From Balanoglossus misakiensis (lineage: Eukaryota > Animalia > Hemichordata), in assembly GCA_040954595.2 (NCBI GenBank), contig CM082581.2, forward strand, positions 8,206,059-8,270,058: a DNA stretch of 64,000 bases, written 5' to 3'. The translations under genes and the position numbers were made by a program. This document shows, piece by piece, positions 1 through 13,718 of this stretch. Positions within the stretch are counted from its first letter, which is position 1; every line of letters begins with the position of its first letter. A model generated the notes under the pieces. That model ran no database searches. It was not told where the DNA came from and saw only the letters and a program-made list of their open reading frames with translations.

Positions 1-344
1 ACCAAAATCCAAGAGTCTGATTTTTTTCACAGAGAGTGTCAAGACGTATTATGATAAAAACATATATACGTTGAATATAAATGTTATATACAAGTATATG
101 ACTATATATAACTATATATATATGTAACTTTATACATATAATTTTCAACTTCTATTTTTTGAACATAAATCACAGTGTCACAATACCGTTATCAGGTAAT
201 CGCGTATGGTTTAATGAATAAAAGTCAAACGCTTTGGAAGTTTTGACTCGCATAAAAGATGCTGACAACTCCAATAGAAATGACAAAATAGAAGATTAAA
301 ATGGACACAAACAAAGCGATGTTGCGCGCCATTATCCCGGGGTT

Positions 345-1345
345 TCTTCTCCATTAGACGATTGCGATGGCGCTTTGTTATTTGAATAGAGCGAGGCGCA
401 GTCACTCGAGATAGCGTCATTTCATCTCCACGTTTATTGCCCAGGCCTGTGCTGCTCATTACACGCTGATATTGACACGGTACAAGCAAAAAAAATCAAA
501 CACAAGGTTTGTGTACAAAATCTGCTTTTCACTGATTATCATTACTACTTGACGTCACGTGTCCTTTGTAATCGACATCGTATGAATGTGAAATGAACAA
601 GTGGGCACAATGGCCCGGCCCCGCACTCGCCTAATTTGCGCTCCTGTCGAATGCCGGGAAACTTCTTACAATAGCTTACACCGTAAACCCCGTGCCTCAG
701 ACCCAGCCATCAACTCTGCTCCTCCTCCCCCCCCCTCATCCCGAAAAAAAATCAATTTAGCCCAGTAATGACAGAGTGGTGCCCCTGCAAGAAACGGTGC
801 AATCTCGTTGATCATTTTTTATTCGCTCGCTCCACTGTGGTCTGAAAAGTCCACGCTTTCTTCACCGAGACCACTTAGACTTAATGGCTTGTACCAATTT
901 CCGCCGTTTACACTGAAATCATCTTCCCTTGTAGCAGGAGGACGTACTAATTGGCACAGCCCTTTCAACACACTTTTTTTTCACGGGAAGATCCTGCCTC
1001 AACTCGGGGGGAAAGTCGATCCTCTACCTGCGATTTGTTGAAATTTACACCTTGAATCGGATACGCGCCAAGTAAGCGGTGGAGATCATGTAATTTCTAT
1101 AGTCCGGGATTTAGCACAAACGCAAACTGCCATTAGCGGCATCGAGGTGAAATTTTTAAAAAAGGAAAAGTGAAAGAAAAGTGAGAAAGGAAATGTTTTA
1201 CACACAGATGTCGACTGATTAATGGTTCAGCGCCCACAACATTGGAAAAATAACGCCGGAAAATTAGTCCTTATTACAGGAAAACCTATCACCGGCGCGG
1301 CCAACAATGTTGGTGCTAATTGGGTCCGAGCATGCGCTCTGGTGG
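345..1345 (+). repeat. Left copy of an inverted-duplicated non-coding element (candidate enhancer)
   Basis: 456-614 is the reverse complement of 62520-62676, and 868-909 of 62210-62251 (41/42). Weaker collinear matches: 1256-1268 vs 61861-61873 (13/13) and 1274-1294 vs 61582-61602 (18/21). Outer limits are approximate. Confidence 0.9.
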
Positions 1346-1443
1346 GCCAATTAACTCGCCGGACTGCCAGAACCGGTGAGACTATATCGTATATCCGGGT
1401 GATTGTGGCGGTTAAGATAACAATGGCTGCCTTTCCAACACTG

Positions 1444-1903
1444 ACATAACTTTTGCCCCGAGATATATGCCCCACCTAATATGAGCTCAAGAGTTTTCAT
1501 TATACTCAAAATGATGCAATTTTGAATAATCCCTTTATAGATTTCATTGTGTACACACCAACTTTTTTGGGTTGCAAACGAAGGAATGTCCCTTACAAGA
1601 TCTATCCAACACCACTTGTAGTGTTTGTAAAACCCCAAGTACGTATAATTAAATTTGAAAACGCACTGTTTTATCTGAAACACTGAAATCTGAAAAACTG
1701 TTAATTTTATTAGATCTTGGCACACACAGGAATACTCTAGAATTAATTTACATAAAATGATTAAGCAAAATGTGGATAAGCGTATGCAAAGATGAACTGT
1801 CAACGGAATTTGAATATTGACCTCAATCAACAGGTGATATCGAACCGAGAGCCTCAGGCAATAACTGTGTTTCTTTCTCACACACCATCTGACCACCCCT
1901 TAA
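1444..1903. mobile_element. Possible DNA transposon fragment
   Basis: AT-rich block ending GACCACCCCTTAA (TTAA-GGGG type terminus); no matching second terminus found. Confidence 0.2.
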
Positions 1904-4900
1904 AGATGCGAGCGATCCGAATATCTTGGTCCCACACTTCATCCACGGACACAATTTCCAGTCACAAATATGACCTCGATCGCATCCTGGGCAAGAATAA
2001 TTTTAGAATTTTAAATGCAAACTGGAGCATTTTACAGACACTATACAAAGCCGCACACAAGTGGTCGTCTCATCGATTCGTTCGCCTTTCATATTTCCGC
2101 CCGACCGACCAAATCTGTTAGCCCCAACGACGAGAATAAACTCAAAATGTCAAAATATGAACCGGTAAATGTCAAGTATAATCGGATTATGAAATCACAC
2201 CAGCCCAGATCAGCATATACAACATTTTCTTCCTAAGACAAAATCTCCATATTTTAATTTTTTATTATTTTAAATTCAATATTTCATGCCAAGAAAGGAA
2301 AAGTCACGGGTAAACTGTGTCACTAACGTGGGGGTTCTCTCCCTCTCCACAAAGACTTCGATATCTCATAACCTGTACTTTCGTGTTGTGTGCAATTACG
2401 CAGTATAGTTCTAATTCTGATGAATTGAGCAATTACGGTATTGTCCACGCTGCCCAGAAGACCCATAATTACACGACCAAAAGGTTTCGAATTGTCATTA
2501 TTAATGTTGAAACACTAATTCAAGACATGACTGTTAGTACTTGTTACATGTAATTAGTTGTTCGCACACTCCAGGCAACGGCCGGGGCAGATATGTGATT
2601 CTCCCCGGTTCCGGCAAACACGCACACGTGCAAGACCAAGTTGCGATCTTGTTCTACGACACAAAGCCGAAAACTGCATGTGACAGGGGGGTCTCACCGG
2701 TCCCCACGTGTAAAGTGCTACCAGAGCCGTGAATTTTGAGTCGGTTGGTTAATTCAACACTCGTCGTCTCTCCGTGGCGGTAGATTTTTTTCTCGTAACG
2801 GCACATTTGCTTATTTGATCTGAATATCGCGTTTCTTCGAGAGCCACAAGTTTCTCAAAATATTAGATAAAATTACCGAGTCCTCGAAACCGCCAGTAAA
2901 CAGCTCGTTGAACATTCGGGGTCAGGCTTTACCTTCCATGACATAAACAACTTTCATCTTTTTAAATTTTATTTCAGGGGATGTTAATAAAGAAATTTCT
3001 TTGTTAATTTGTTCTTACTTGATTTATATGACATTGACAGTGCCTGCCTTTGTGACGGCTTGAGCATTGAACCAACCAATTTCAAAAGGGTAAGATTTAA
3101 GTGCTCGTCAAAGCGAATAAAAAATTACAGTGCCTCGTAACAATAACAAGACGATAATGGCGAAGTGACACAGTCACCAGCCAACAGCCACTCAAGGACT
3201 CTCATAAAAAAAAGCACTGTGCGTGGATTTCACATTTCTGTCGTCGCGACTCATACCGGCCGTACAGTTTGATGTAAATTCGCAGCCCAGAGGGACTTCC
3301 TGCGCCGAGGATGGGCCGAATTAAAGCGAGTCTCTTACAAAGTTCTATTCTGCTGCGGGGCACACTGTATATCGACGGATTGTACAAAACTGACATCCTG
3401 CAGAGTCAATCGTGATTTTGTCTTCATCGCTGGCAGATAACATATAATGGCTGGGCTGCGATTGATTCATGAATATAGGGTGTCGTACATTCGTCAATTT
3501 GTCAGGCGCTCTGCACCAGACGACCTACTCCCTTTTTACTTTCATCATCTCCGCGTCACAAACTCTGATATTTGAAACAAACAGAAAATGATTTTTCTCT
3601 CGAACGACACTACGTGAATTTGCGATGTCTTTGGCGTAGATCTCGATGGCCGCGATGGTTGTCGTGTTCAGACTCTCTAAGTACAAAATGCCCAATGCGG
3701 ATTGATTATCTAAAATAGGAGGGAGAAATATTGTAAATGGACAGAGACCTTCGCGGATGGAGAGACAGAGAGACATAACAGCAGTGTTTGAAGGAGCAGC
3801 ATTGTTGTACAAGTGGCACAAATCAATGGGAGCAGGCCCACAAATAGAATGCTAGAGAAAAAAAAGAGAAGTCGACAGGTTGAAAACAAACAGATGTGTT
3901 CTGGCAACATAGAGTAGCATCAAAAGAAAGAGGAGAATCAATAGGCGTCGTTTTGTGTCAAAGGTAATAGCGTGACTGAATATATTCGAATTCACTAAAA
4001 AAGCGGACATATTGTCTTTTGCTGGCCGGAATTCACCACATCTTTTGGTTCCTTTGGATGTTGTTCACGAGCGAGGGTGCGTTTGGTAGCTTAATTGGTT
4101 AGTTCGACGAGTCTGGTTAAGATCAATTTTGGCGTTGGCATAGTGACCGGTGTTAAAGCGTCACTTCGTGGTCTTCTGAAAGACCCTTGGTATACCCTTA
4201 GGAGTGTCATTTATCATGATGAGTGCTGTGGAGGGCGTTACTTGTTCTGCTGCTTAGTGACACATTAGATGGTGCACCTTAATTGTGTTGTTTTTAAAGG
4301 GCCAATGCACATGTCATTTGATTTTTATTGCGTTTGGAATCTGCTTTTTGTTGTTTTGTCATTTTAAGCATATTGAAACTAAGGGCAAGTAAGAGCCCAT
4401 GCGCGCGCACACAGATTTGTTCTTGCCTTGAGAAATACACGGAAGTGATATAAAATCAAAGAAATACTCTACAGTACGACTATCAGTTTGCCATGGGTGA
4501 ATCCGTTGATTTGTACCTGTGTCGAAAAGTAGAAGGAAGGGTGGTGGGAATCCCAGCCGACTGACACTCCACTCGACCTTTACAATGTTACACAACCACT
4601 TTAACTTGATTGCCCCGGATCGTTGCGAACCGCGACTGTCATCGAATGTGTAGATCTCCGTGTTCGGGCTATGTTTATCTCCACCATATCGCGTCACATT
4701 AAAGGGGAGATCATCGGCGAGGATTTCCTTGAACGGTGAAACGTGTCTCCACTATCAGTTCTCAGAATTCTGTATCCATAACAACTGATGGAAATCTTGG
4801 TGTGTGTGTTTTTTTTTCCACTTTTTGACGTCGCTGAACCCTTGGATACATGTATACAGCGAGATCCCCTTTGCAGTGTAGGGTGCTCAGCGCGCTTGGT

Positions 4901-6052
4901 CACGAGCCCTTTGTTTAAGTCTTATTCTAGCCAATAAGTACCTCATATTTAAATCCCCTTAAAATGTGTCAAGTTTTTTGTTAAACAAAGCAACATAACA
5001 GAAACGACGCAATTTGTTAGAAAATCGCGTTAATGAGTAAGGAGCATTAAGGTGCGCGCATTCATTAAAGAATAAAGCGCTTAATAAACATATTCGGTTG
5101 TTGGTCCTGGCTAAGTTTAAAAATCTGGATATGATGTCTCATTCTGACGCCATTAGTGCTTAGAAATACGCCGACATAAAACACTTCAAGATTTTCAAGA
5201 ACGGCGTTTCAACGCGTGGCCACTAGTTCGATTTAAAAATTACAGAAATACGAGTACAGTAAAGTAAGACTTCAGTACATTTACATCGTCATCGCCATAA
5301 ATGGACGGCGCCACCTAGATTTTGTTCTCTTCGCCGACTATCGTGCCGGTGCGTATCCTAAAATAGAGAAACCCGTCTTTCTGAGAAAATTCGACTCACT
5401 CCTTAAACGGTCCCTATCTCTATATACCCAATCAAATCACAATAATTGATAGTCATTTCACTACACTTAGTCAAATGACTACGATTTATATTAATTTCGG
5501 CGCTTGTTCTTTCCCCAGTATTCGTAATTCGCCATCGCCTCGGGTCTTGGTCTGCATGCGGTACGTTTTAAATATGCCGCGCTGCCTTTGGGCGTTGGGT
5601 TTCCCTGATGTGAACGCGAGTTTTGTTAAAAGCCGGCGATTTGCACAACGACAATCCTGTCTCGAACATACTGTTTGTAATATTACACATAAAATCTCAC
5701 GGGACTTTGTAAAAAAACACGTAACCTCGTGCACATTTCGAGGAAAGCATAAAAAACAACATTCCCCGGGTTACAATGTACATGTACACCAGAACATCAC
5801 CGCTGTGCCCTAAAAAATACAAATGCACCCAGTTTACCGAAACGAGTTTAACATCATTATTTTTGGCTGCATACGGCTGGTGAACCCCTATTTTTGACAA
5901 AAAGGGTTATTTTTTGGTGCCCATTAGAAATGTGATTTGTTGAAGTAATTAGTCCCTCAGGGCCTGTGTGGTATTTCAGTAGCTTCAGCGAAGCCCGGAA
6001 AATACGTCGCATGTTTTATATCTTGTGATTACGAAAGAAAGAAACGGGGAAA

Positions 6053-6085
<33 letters not shown>

Positions 6086-6087
6086 GA
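6053..6087. repeat. (AG)n microsatellite
   Basis: Directly visible. Confidence 0.95.
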
Positions 6088-6763
6088 AACAATTTGAGGA
6101 ATCTGAGCGTTTTAAACCCATGTATTGCGTCTCAACATCACTGGCTGTGTGATCACACGGAACGATAGACGCGACAAGCCAGACAAAACAGGAGAACGGG
6201 GCTGGTGGCAAAAAAAATGTAATAGTCCGAACACAACAATGCAAAATCGCTTTAAGGGATCACAGTCGAGGTCCAGCGCTTTGTGTGGCAGAATTAAATT
6301 GGGGGAAAACAAGCTGGTACTCTTCCAGAGTTTTCGGAGCAGCCATTCCAGAAATAAGCCGATTCCCACTCCGTGTCCTTTCCATTGAAATCTTGCAACG
6401 TATAAAACCACCGTACAAATGGGATTAGTCCATTTCGGGGTTGTCTCCAACTAGCTAGCTGCATGCGCGCAGATGGTCTAAGTGGCGGAAATTTCGGGGG
6501 GGGGGGGAGTTGAGTCGAGATTGTAGAAAAAGATAACCAGACTTTCAGACTTCCTAGTTAATTTACTGCCTGAAGAGCAATTATCTAAATAATGAAAATG
6601 TTTGAAAAGAGCCTTTATTATTTGAGATTCGCATTTTATTTCCACAATTTGACTTAAATTGGAACGGTATTGTTATAGCTATCGGTAGCGATCAGTAGAA
6701 AAGTCAGCAGACACTTCACTACAACACAGAAAACACGTCACCTCTTTGTGATTTGTTCATGCG

Positions 6764-7027
6764 TATGTATGTATGTATGTATGTATGTATGTATGTATGT
6801 ATGTATGTATGTATGTATGTATGTATGTATGTATGTATGTATGTATGTATGTATGTATGTATGTATGTATGTATGTATGTATGTATGTATGTATGTATGT
6901 ATGTATGTATGTATGTATGTATGTATGTATGTATGTATGTATGTATGTATGTATGTATGTATGTATGTATGTATGTATGTATGTATATGTATGTATGTAA
7001 TGTACATGTATGTAATGTATTATGTAT
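6764..7027. repeat. (TATG)n microsatellite, long and nearly perfect, with a degenerate tail
   Basis: Directly visible; produces the spurious MYVC/HTYI ORFs. Confidence 0.98.
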
Positions 7028-10000
7028 GAGTATGGCGTGTATGTCTTATAGAAGAAATTTAGATGTGTGTATAATTGAATATTGTGAAGTTGGGCAAAAC
7101 TCTCGTGAGAATTGACAATAAATGTCGTGGAATGCGAGATTTTGGGTCACTGCACATGCACAGTCTGTGGCGATTTGCGATATTTTATAATGTGTAAATG
7201 AAATCAAAAGCAAGTTTTTATTAATACTATAAAGCAACTGAGACGCTCTCCCACCTTAAAACTTTTCAACGAACCTGATTTTTTTTAAAACTTCCCCACC
7301 AACCAGGTCGCCATTTCTATTGACACGGACCTAGCTACGTGATCATAGTATTAACAAATATCTCCTTGGGATAATTAGTAGAAATATTGTCATTTTTATT
7401 CAAATAAGCAGCCCTACTCGTAGAGTTTCAATTGTAAAGGTTGTTTTGATGTCTGGAGAGACGAGACGACACACGTCTTTGTGGTTTGTGGGCTCTTGAC
7501 GGCACTTCTCAACGATCCGTAAGTTTATGGCACCGCTGGGTCCAGTCTATGTTTCCCGTCCTCGGGCGGCGAATAACTCCAGTAATTCTTTCCGAGCGAG
7601 TGGATCTCGAAACAAACTCGGGCTCTGTAACAGCTTATTTGAACGCGCAGAAAACCGTGAAGACAATGCCCACTCTTCCATTCTCTGGTCAATTTTATCT
7701 GTCTTCTTTATTTGATCAATGGCGGTGACGTGAGTGGGGGGATGTCCAGACCTCCTCCGCGTAAACCACGAAAAGTTTTTGTGTGTCTCTCTCTCGGCGC
7801 TAAATATAGATGCGCATTTTGCCGATGTTTGGAGACGAGACGCCAGTTAAGTAGGTGAAAAAGAGATCACTCTGCCAATCAAGAGACTTAGAATGAAAAC
7901 AATTACCGGCTAGTCACTGGAGCAAAATTCAGGCCATTCACGTCACACCGTATCCCGGCTGAGGGGCGGTTTGGTGCCGTGGAGGGGAGTCCAACAAAGA
8001 CTTGACTTGATGTGGCTTGACAGGTAAGCGCGGCGATCGCAATGTTTACGCTCGCCCCCACTGTGAAATGAACACAACTTGCTCTCATTAAGTTTTTATT
8101 AATTGCTGACAATCTGATAATTGGCGCTTAACAATTCGTTTGGAACAAACCTTTCCCCCAACTCTGTGTGACAATTGCCAGTACTGCACGTTCCATTTCC
8201 CCCATACAATCCCCAGCGCCGGCGATTATTGGTAGAATTTGGCAGCATTGTTCGCGGACAAAACGATGGCATGCATCCCACATTCAGGCAGGCGTCACTG
8301 TTCCCGAGATGATCAGGGTTCAAGTATCGTCTAATTGCTGAAATTGCCAGCTCAAAGGACAACAAAAAAATCAATGACTGACATAGGAATATCCTGACAG
8401 TTAAAGCTTCTTCGCGAACTTTCGACCGGTGATGTCAGGCATTTCAACGCAAAAATATTAACTGAAGCAACTCCAATTGTGTGGTATTACGTAGTATTCT
8501 ACACAGTAGGATACGTAAAATGGCCCGTTTTGGACAGCTGTGATTTCAATCACTTATCAATCTAACTTAGTTTTGTTTTTGCTCGTGTAGTATCGTTTGT
8601 TTTTGCTGCAATAACGTGGGTCGATAATAATTTGAGCATTGAGTCTGTTCTCTGTTTCATAATATCAAGTCATGAAACCCAGTTGACCGGGAAGCCAACA
8701 ACGGGCGCTCTTACCTCTAAATGAGCTAAAAAAAATAAAGATGTCTGTGATTTTCACCAGGGAGCCCCTTCAACTCCAAGGTGTATAAGCTTCCTGGCGT
8801 ACGATCACAATGGCCTGAAGTAGAAGCCATTGTTTGAAGGAGGGGGATAATGATTGGTACGTGAAAGGGTGTGCGAATAGCCCTGTGTAAGTTCATTATT
8901 CTGTCACAGGTGTGAATCAGCTGGGACTTGGATAATTGGACAGCGAGATGGCCATTTTTTTCTTGGCTGTTTTATCCATACATGGCTACACGCGGAGCAG
9001 CTCCTTGCTCTACTACTGGGGGCCTTGTCTGTTTCATAAGCAGTTGTGGTTTTAAAAGTTTGATTCTTAGTGCAAAAGTCGGCGAGTGTGTAAAATTTGA
9101 AAAAATGTCCGAAGTTATTGATTAAGCATTTTTTATTTTAACAGTTGTCTGAGATTTAATGACTTTATGATTTCTCTACAAATAATGATACGCAATTGCT
9201 AATACCAGCGCGGCGAACAAAAAGACTAATTTCCCTCAGACACCAGTAAAATTTAAGCTGTTTGCCTGTAGTGGGTTTGGCTGACGAAGTGCCGTGTACG
9301 AGCACTGACGAAGCGATGGTGGGGACGGGCAGCGAATATCGACTGAGGGGAACAGGTTGTGTACTTTAACTGCGCATTGTCGAATACCGCTTAGTTTACA
9401 CAACTTGCAAAATCCCTTTATGTCCGTCAGTCCGCAAAACAAACCCTCTAAATCACCAAGCAAACACTTGAAGATTTCTAAGTAAACACGGGTGAGAGTG
9501 AATGAGATTCGCTCTTTGCCTATAGACAGTGGTGTCTATGGTCTTGCAAAAAAGGGTCACTCCTGTGGGCCTCTTTTGTGTTTCAGGACGGTTTAACATA
9601 CCACTACAAGTACAACGAGCATTGTCCTTGTTTAGGGGGGAGAACTCTAGCGCCAAGAGTTTGCACAAAGGGGACAGAAGCAAGAGGCACCGGTGAAGTG
9701 GAAGCGTTTTGTTTGGGAGCCTCTCAGTAATTGCCCTCTTAAAATCCCATGTTAATTGCTAGGCGTGGCGCCATCGGGGTGAGAATTTCGGAAAATCAAC
9801 ATAATTTGGGCGAAAAACACACAGTCAAATGTGTGGGCAATAAACGCTACAATGGACAATAGGCTAGGCTCAAACAAAAAGCTCTAAATTGGGGTAAACC
9901 CTAATCACCCTCCTTCGGGGCTTGCTTTAGCAACAACTACAGTCATAATTTGAGCACTTTGCGAGACTAAGATGTCGATTTGCGATAACGGACCGCCACT

Positions 10001-12214
10001 AAAAAACAAAGTATGTCGCAAAGAACTTCTTTTTCAGCGATGTTATTTAATCTGAAAAAGTTATCCGAGTGAAGTATAGAAGGCCACTCTGTGTTTATTC
10101 TTCTAAATTTCACTTGTTGTGTTGAACGTCTTTCAGATTCGACACAATGGCAGACAAGCAGTCGACGAGACGCTCAATTTGCTGTGCAATTTAACCAGCT
10201 TAAAGGTTGGACAATAGCCCCGCTAACATCCCCGGAGAACACGCAAACGGAGTGGGTTGGTCTTTAATTGCCTGTCGCTTGTTTTCGCCGTTCCCCGTTC
10301 GGTCCCTGGTTGGCCAGAGCGCCGGCAATTAAGCCTGTGAGTGGGGGGGGGACTGGGAGTCGGCTAAATAGGAAGATATAAACGTGGGCAAATTGCCCGC
10401 ACCTTTTCAACAAGAGAATCTTTAAGTTGCGAGCGACTATTGTGCAGAGAAAAAGATAACACGCCGCCGCCATCGCCTCGTCTAATAGTATGACTAGTCT
10501 GAGAAAAGGGAGGAATTCGGCGTGAAGTGGGGACTCGTGGGGGAAAATTGCCATTCGCTTTCTTCCGATTAAAGAGGGAAATTGCAGCCCACTTTTTGTG
10601 TGATAGTTTAATTGCAAGCTCACTCAAATTCAATTTTCAACGACTACACATGTCACCGTGCTCTTGTTGGGGGAGGCAGCATCCGGTTCAAGTTGAGTTT
10701 TCACTTTGCTCTGTGCCCCGCACCGGTAAAGAAGGCCGTCTCGCTGGGCCCACACAACGGCACATCCGACTATCTTCTTCAATTTAGCTTGAATGCACAG
10801 ATACGGGGGATCGGTGTCTTATTGCGAAATTCCGCTCTTTGCCGCGATCGTTGCGGACCGAAATCAAAGACCATGAGACCGTTTTTGTCGAGCAGATTGT
10901 TAGTTCGAAAATGCTGTGTAATTACGCCAATTTCGCATAGAGAAAAAAAAAACGACAAAGCTACGCACAATTGCTCGAGTTGACCCCTGGCAGTCAATGT
11001 CTAATGCTTAGGAACCGCCGCTCGATAACCCTGGCTACACGCACATGTTGAACCATGGGCTGCATGAACACTGGAAACTTAAGAAAAAAATAACAAAAAA
11101 ATCGCTGCATGCCACGGGGGACATTAGCAAAGAACATGCTCCTTTAGCCCCGAGACCTTACACTCTTTTCTTCAGACACCCATTACAATATTCTGTTGTA
11201 ACTATTGCCTAGCACCGACCACTTTTACTCGTTGAATAAGCCGCTCATTTATACCAACAGTGGTGACCCGTCGATCCCACCTGTCCCCGCCGCGGAGAGA
11301 TATCCCACCGACTCTGCTGGACGTGACGCGGTGAATAGCGACCAGCTCAGAGTGGGTGTCTCATAACTTTTCATAATTTATAGACTGTACATGCATGTCA
11401 TTTCAAAGAACCGTTTGTTTCCTCCACCGGTGAATGATATCACACCGGAAATGACGTCAAACAGCCCAAAACGGACTAGTTCGCCCACATGATTCAGAGA
11501 TTGAGAAGTGTGCCCTCGGAAGCAGCGAAGCTATCTTTCATTTCATTATCAGCGTCTATACAGTGCACCCGGGGTGAAAATTTACAATTCTGCATTTTCC
11601 ACACGCGGCGACTGCATAGGTTGTCGGATGGACTTCAAGCACTCGCATCGGTAAATGTGGGGATAATTTGCTCCAATAATTCGAAAATTGACGATCTCTC
11701 AGAGAACTCTTTTCAAAAGGATAAATGTTTAAGGTTTCCCTCGGCAAAGCACTGTCAAAAGTGTTAAACTTCGGGGTTGGCGGTTGAATTTCAAAATACA
11801 TGCATTAGTAAAATTTGAGATGTAATTTACAAAAAAAAATTGATGACTCTCACGTACTCATTTCAAAAGCCCTAGGGGGAACAGTTTAAAAGTCTCCTTC
11901 CAGGACACCTTGTGCGAATACTTTATTCTGGGTATACAATTATCCATAATTTATCCTGGCTAACTGAACGGTTATAGAGTACCCGGTACCTGAAGGCGCT
12001 CATAATTGCGGACATTTACAACGCCAATATTTGTGCAAATTGCCACCGGTTTCTTTCAGTGGCAAAGGCCGACTAACCTTTAGCACTTACCGTAAACACC
12101 TAGTGTGAAGTCTGAGAAGGGCCGTGAATTAAAAGAAAATTAATTTTATCATCAGATGATGTCTGAGATTTGCCGTTTTTGATAAATCGCCAAATATTCA
12201 CAGAGTTTATACTA

Positions 12215-12217
12215 AAA

Positions 12218-12268
<51 letters not shown>

Positions 12269-12270
12269 AT
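12215..12270. repeat. (AAAT)n microsatellite
   Basis: Directly visible. Confidence 0.95.
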
Positions 12271-13718
12271 GAAAATATCCAATATATACATAGGTCAGTG
12301 TGTTAATGTGTGTATTGAGCATGTTTTTTCATTTCACATTTGCACTCGTAAGCTTACTCGTGCACTCGAGCACTAAGTTGTAACATTTATTACAAAGAAT
12401 GCGCACGCAATTCCACTTTCAGGCGTTTCCCATCCACGGCAAATTGAAAGCCTGAGGCACATAGATGAAAAAAAACTGCTGTTGAAGCGAAGAGACAACT
12501 TCTCAGCTTAAAATTTGTCAAATTGTGTTCCGCCGCAATTTTCGTATTAGCTTCGGCTGTTAATAACACGAGTGTATTATTATGTGCAGCGAAGACAGCG
12601 CGTATCTCTGATAGGTCGCTGACGGGTCCCGACCTGCATCGAAAACTATTAACCGATAAAAACCCTGGTTAAATGGAACTCAATTCCTAACTTTCAATCG
12701 GTCCCCGGGTTAATGACCTCATTTGAAAGATGTATCGGCAGTTTGGGTACACAATAAAAACTCTTGAAAATGAAAAAGAGGGAATATTTAGCCGCAATAT
12801 GCAACTTAATAACCAATCACAGGCGCCTTTTATGATTCTAAATGGGCGAAATTGTTAAATCATTCATTCAAAAAAGCTCACATATATTCCCACTTTGTCA
12901 GTGTCTCAATTATAGTAGTCCTTTGATACGATTTTTCATCCATGGCGGTAGTGTATATGATAGAAACTCTAGTGAAGTCAACTCCCACGGGGGGCTCGTT
13001 TTTTTGTTCATCCTGATTGCCAAAACCAGAGTAATCTTCAGTCTGGCATTTCTGACTTCCTTACACTCTTTTGCCCAGTCCCTCGGTCGTTTAGCTTTGT
13101 AGGGGCCAGACAATGCGATTAATTACAATTATAACCTATCGGGGTGACTGATCGATTGCAGAAGATTGGTTGCAATTACGCGGCCATTGACGACATCAAA
13201 CGGAGAAATTGCCTCGACATTTCGTCGGATGGAGAGTTCGAGTCTGTGCACTTTGTTCTGGTGCTGTCCTGGGGCGGTTGCGGGAACACTGAGACAGCGA
13301 GCGGAACATGTGCGGTCCACTTGCACTGACCGCCATATTGGTTGTAGGGCTCATCTGTTTATTGACGGCAAGGCGACGAGGTACGCAGTCATCTCGCGTG
13401 GGTTATGCGCACGATCCAAGGAGATCTACAGAACTAATAAATAAAACACGAAATCGCCTGTTATTGCTAATAGATACTTACTTTTTACCAGTGGTATTAA
13501 AATAGCACATTGCAAGGATAGCGACCAAAAGTTATCCCTGTCCTACATGTACACGTGGCCGGTTTAAAAACAATGATCTGAGGTCGATTCATCAAATAAC
13601 GTGCCACTGTGAAAATGACGTCTCAAGTGTCGCTTTCATCTCTTGCATTCGTTGTTTGCGGTAGCATGAATCATAACAGAGACAGTTAGTAGACCTTGCA
13701 TAGAGATATGAAGAGGTG

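Noticed and set aside
808-1041. ORFs 808-1041(+) and 62090-62311(-) share the peptide RLNGLYQFPPF
   Set aside because: This follows from the near-identical DNA of island B. Flanking residues do not align, there is no synonymous-site pattern or splice context, and the starts are not convincing.
5805-5923. Possible tiny MITE with 16-bp imperfect inverted ends (13/16)
   Set aside because: Low-complexity A/T-rich match with no clear TSD and no second copy in the window.
6475-6494. GTCTAAGTGGCGGAAATT, resembling pieces of island B
   Set aside because: Two overlapping 10-mers in a different order, compatible with chance.
6738-7115. MYVC/HTYI repeat ORFs (also at 23878-24289, 36039-36337 and 62796-63026)
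   Set aside because: These are translations of microsatellites.
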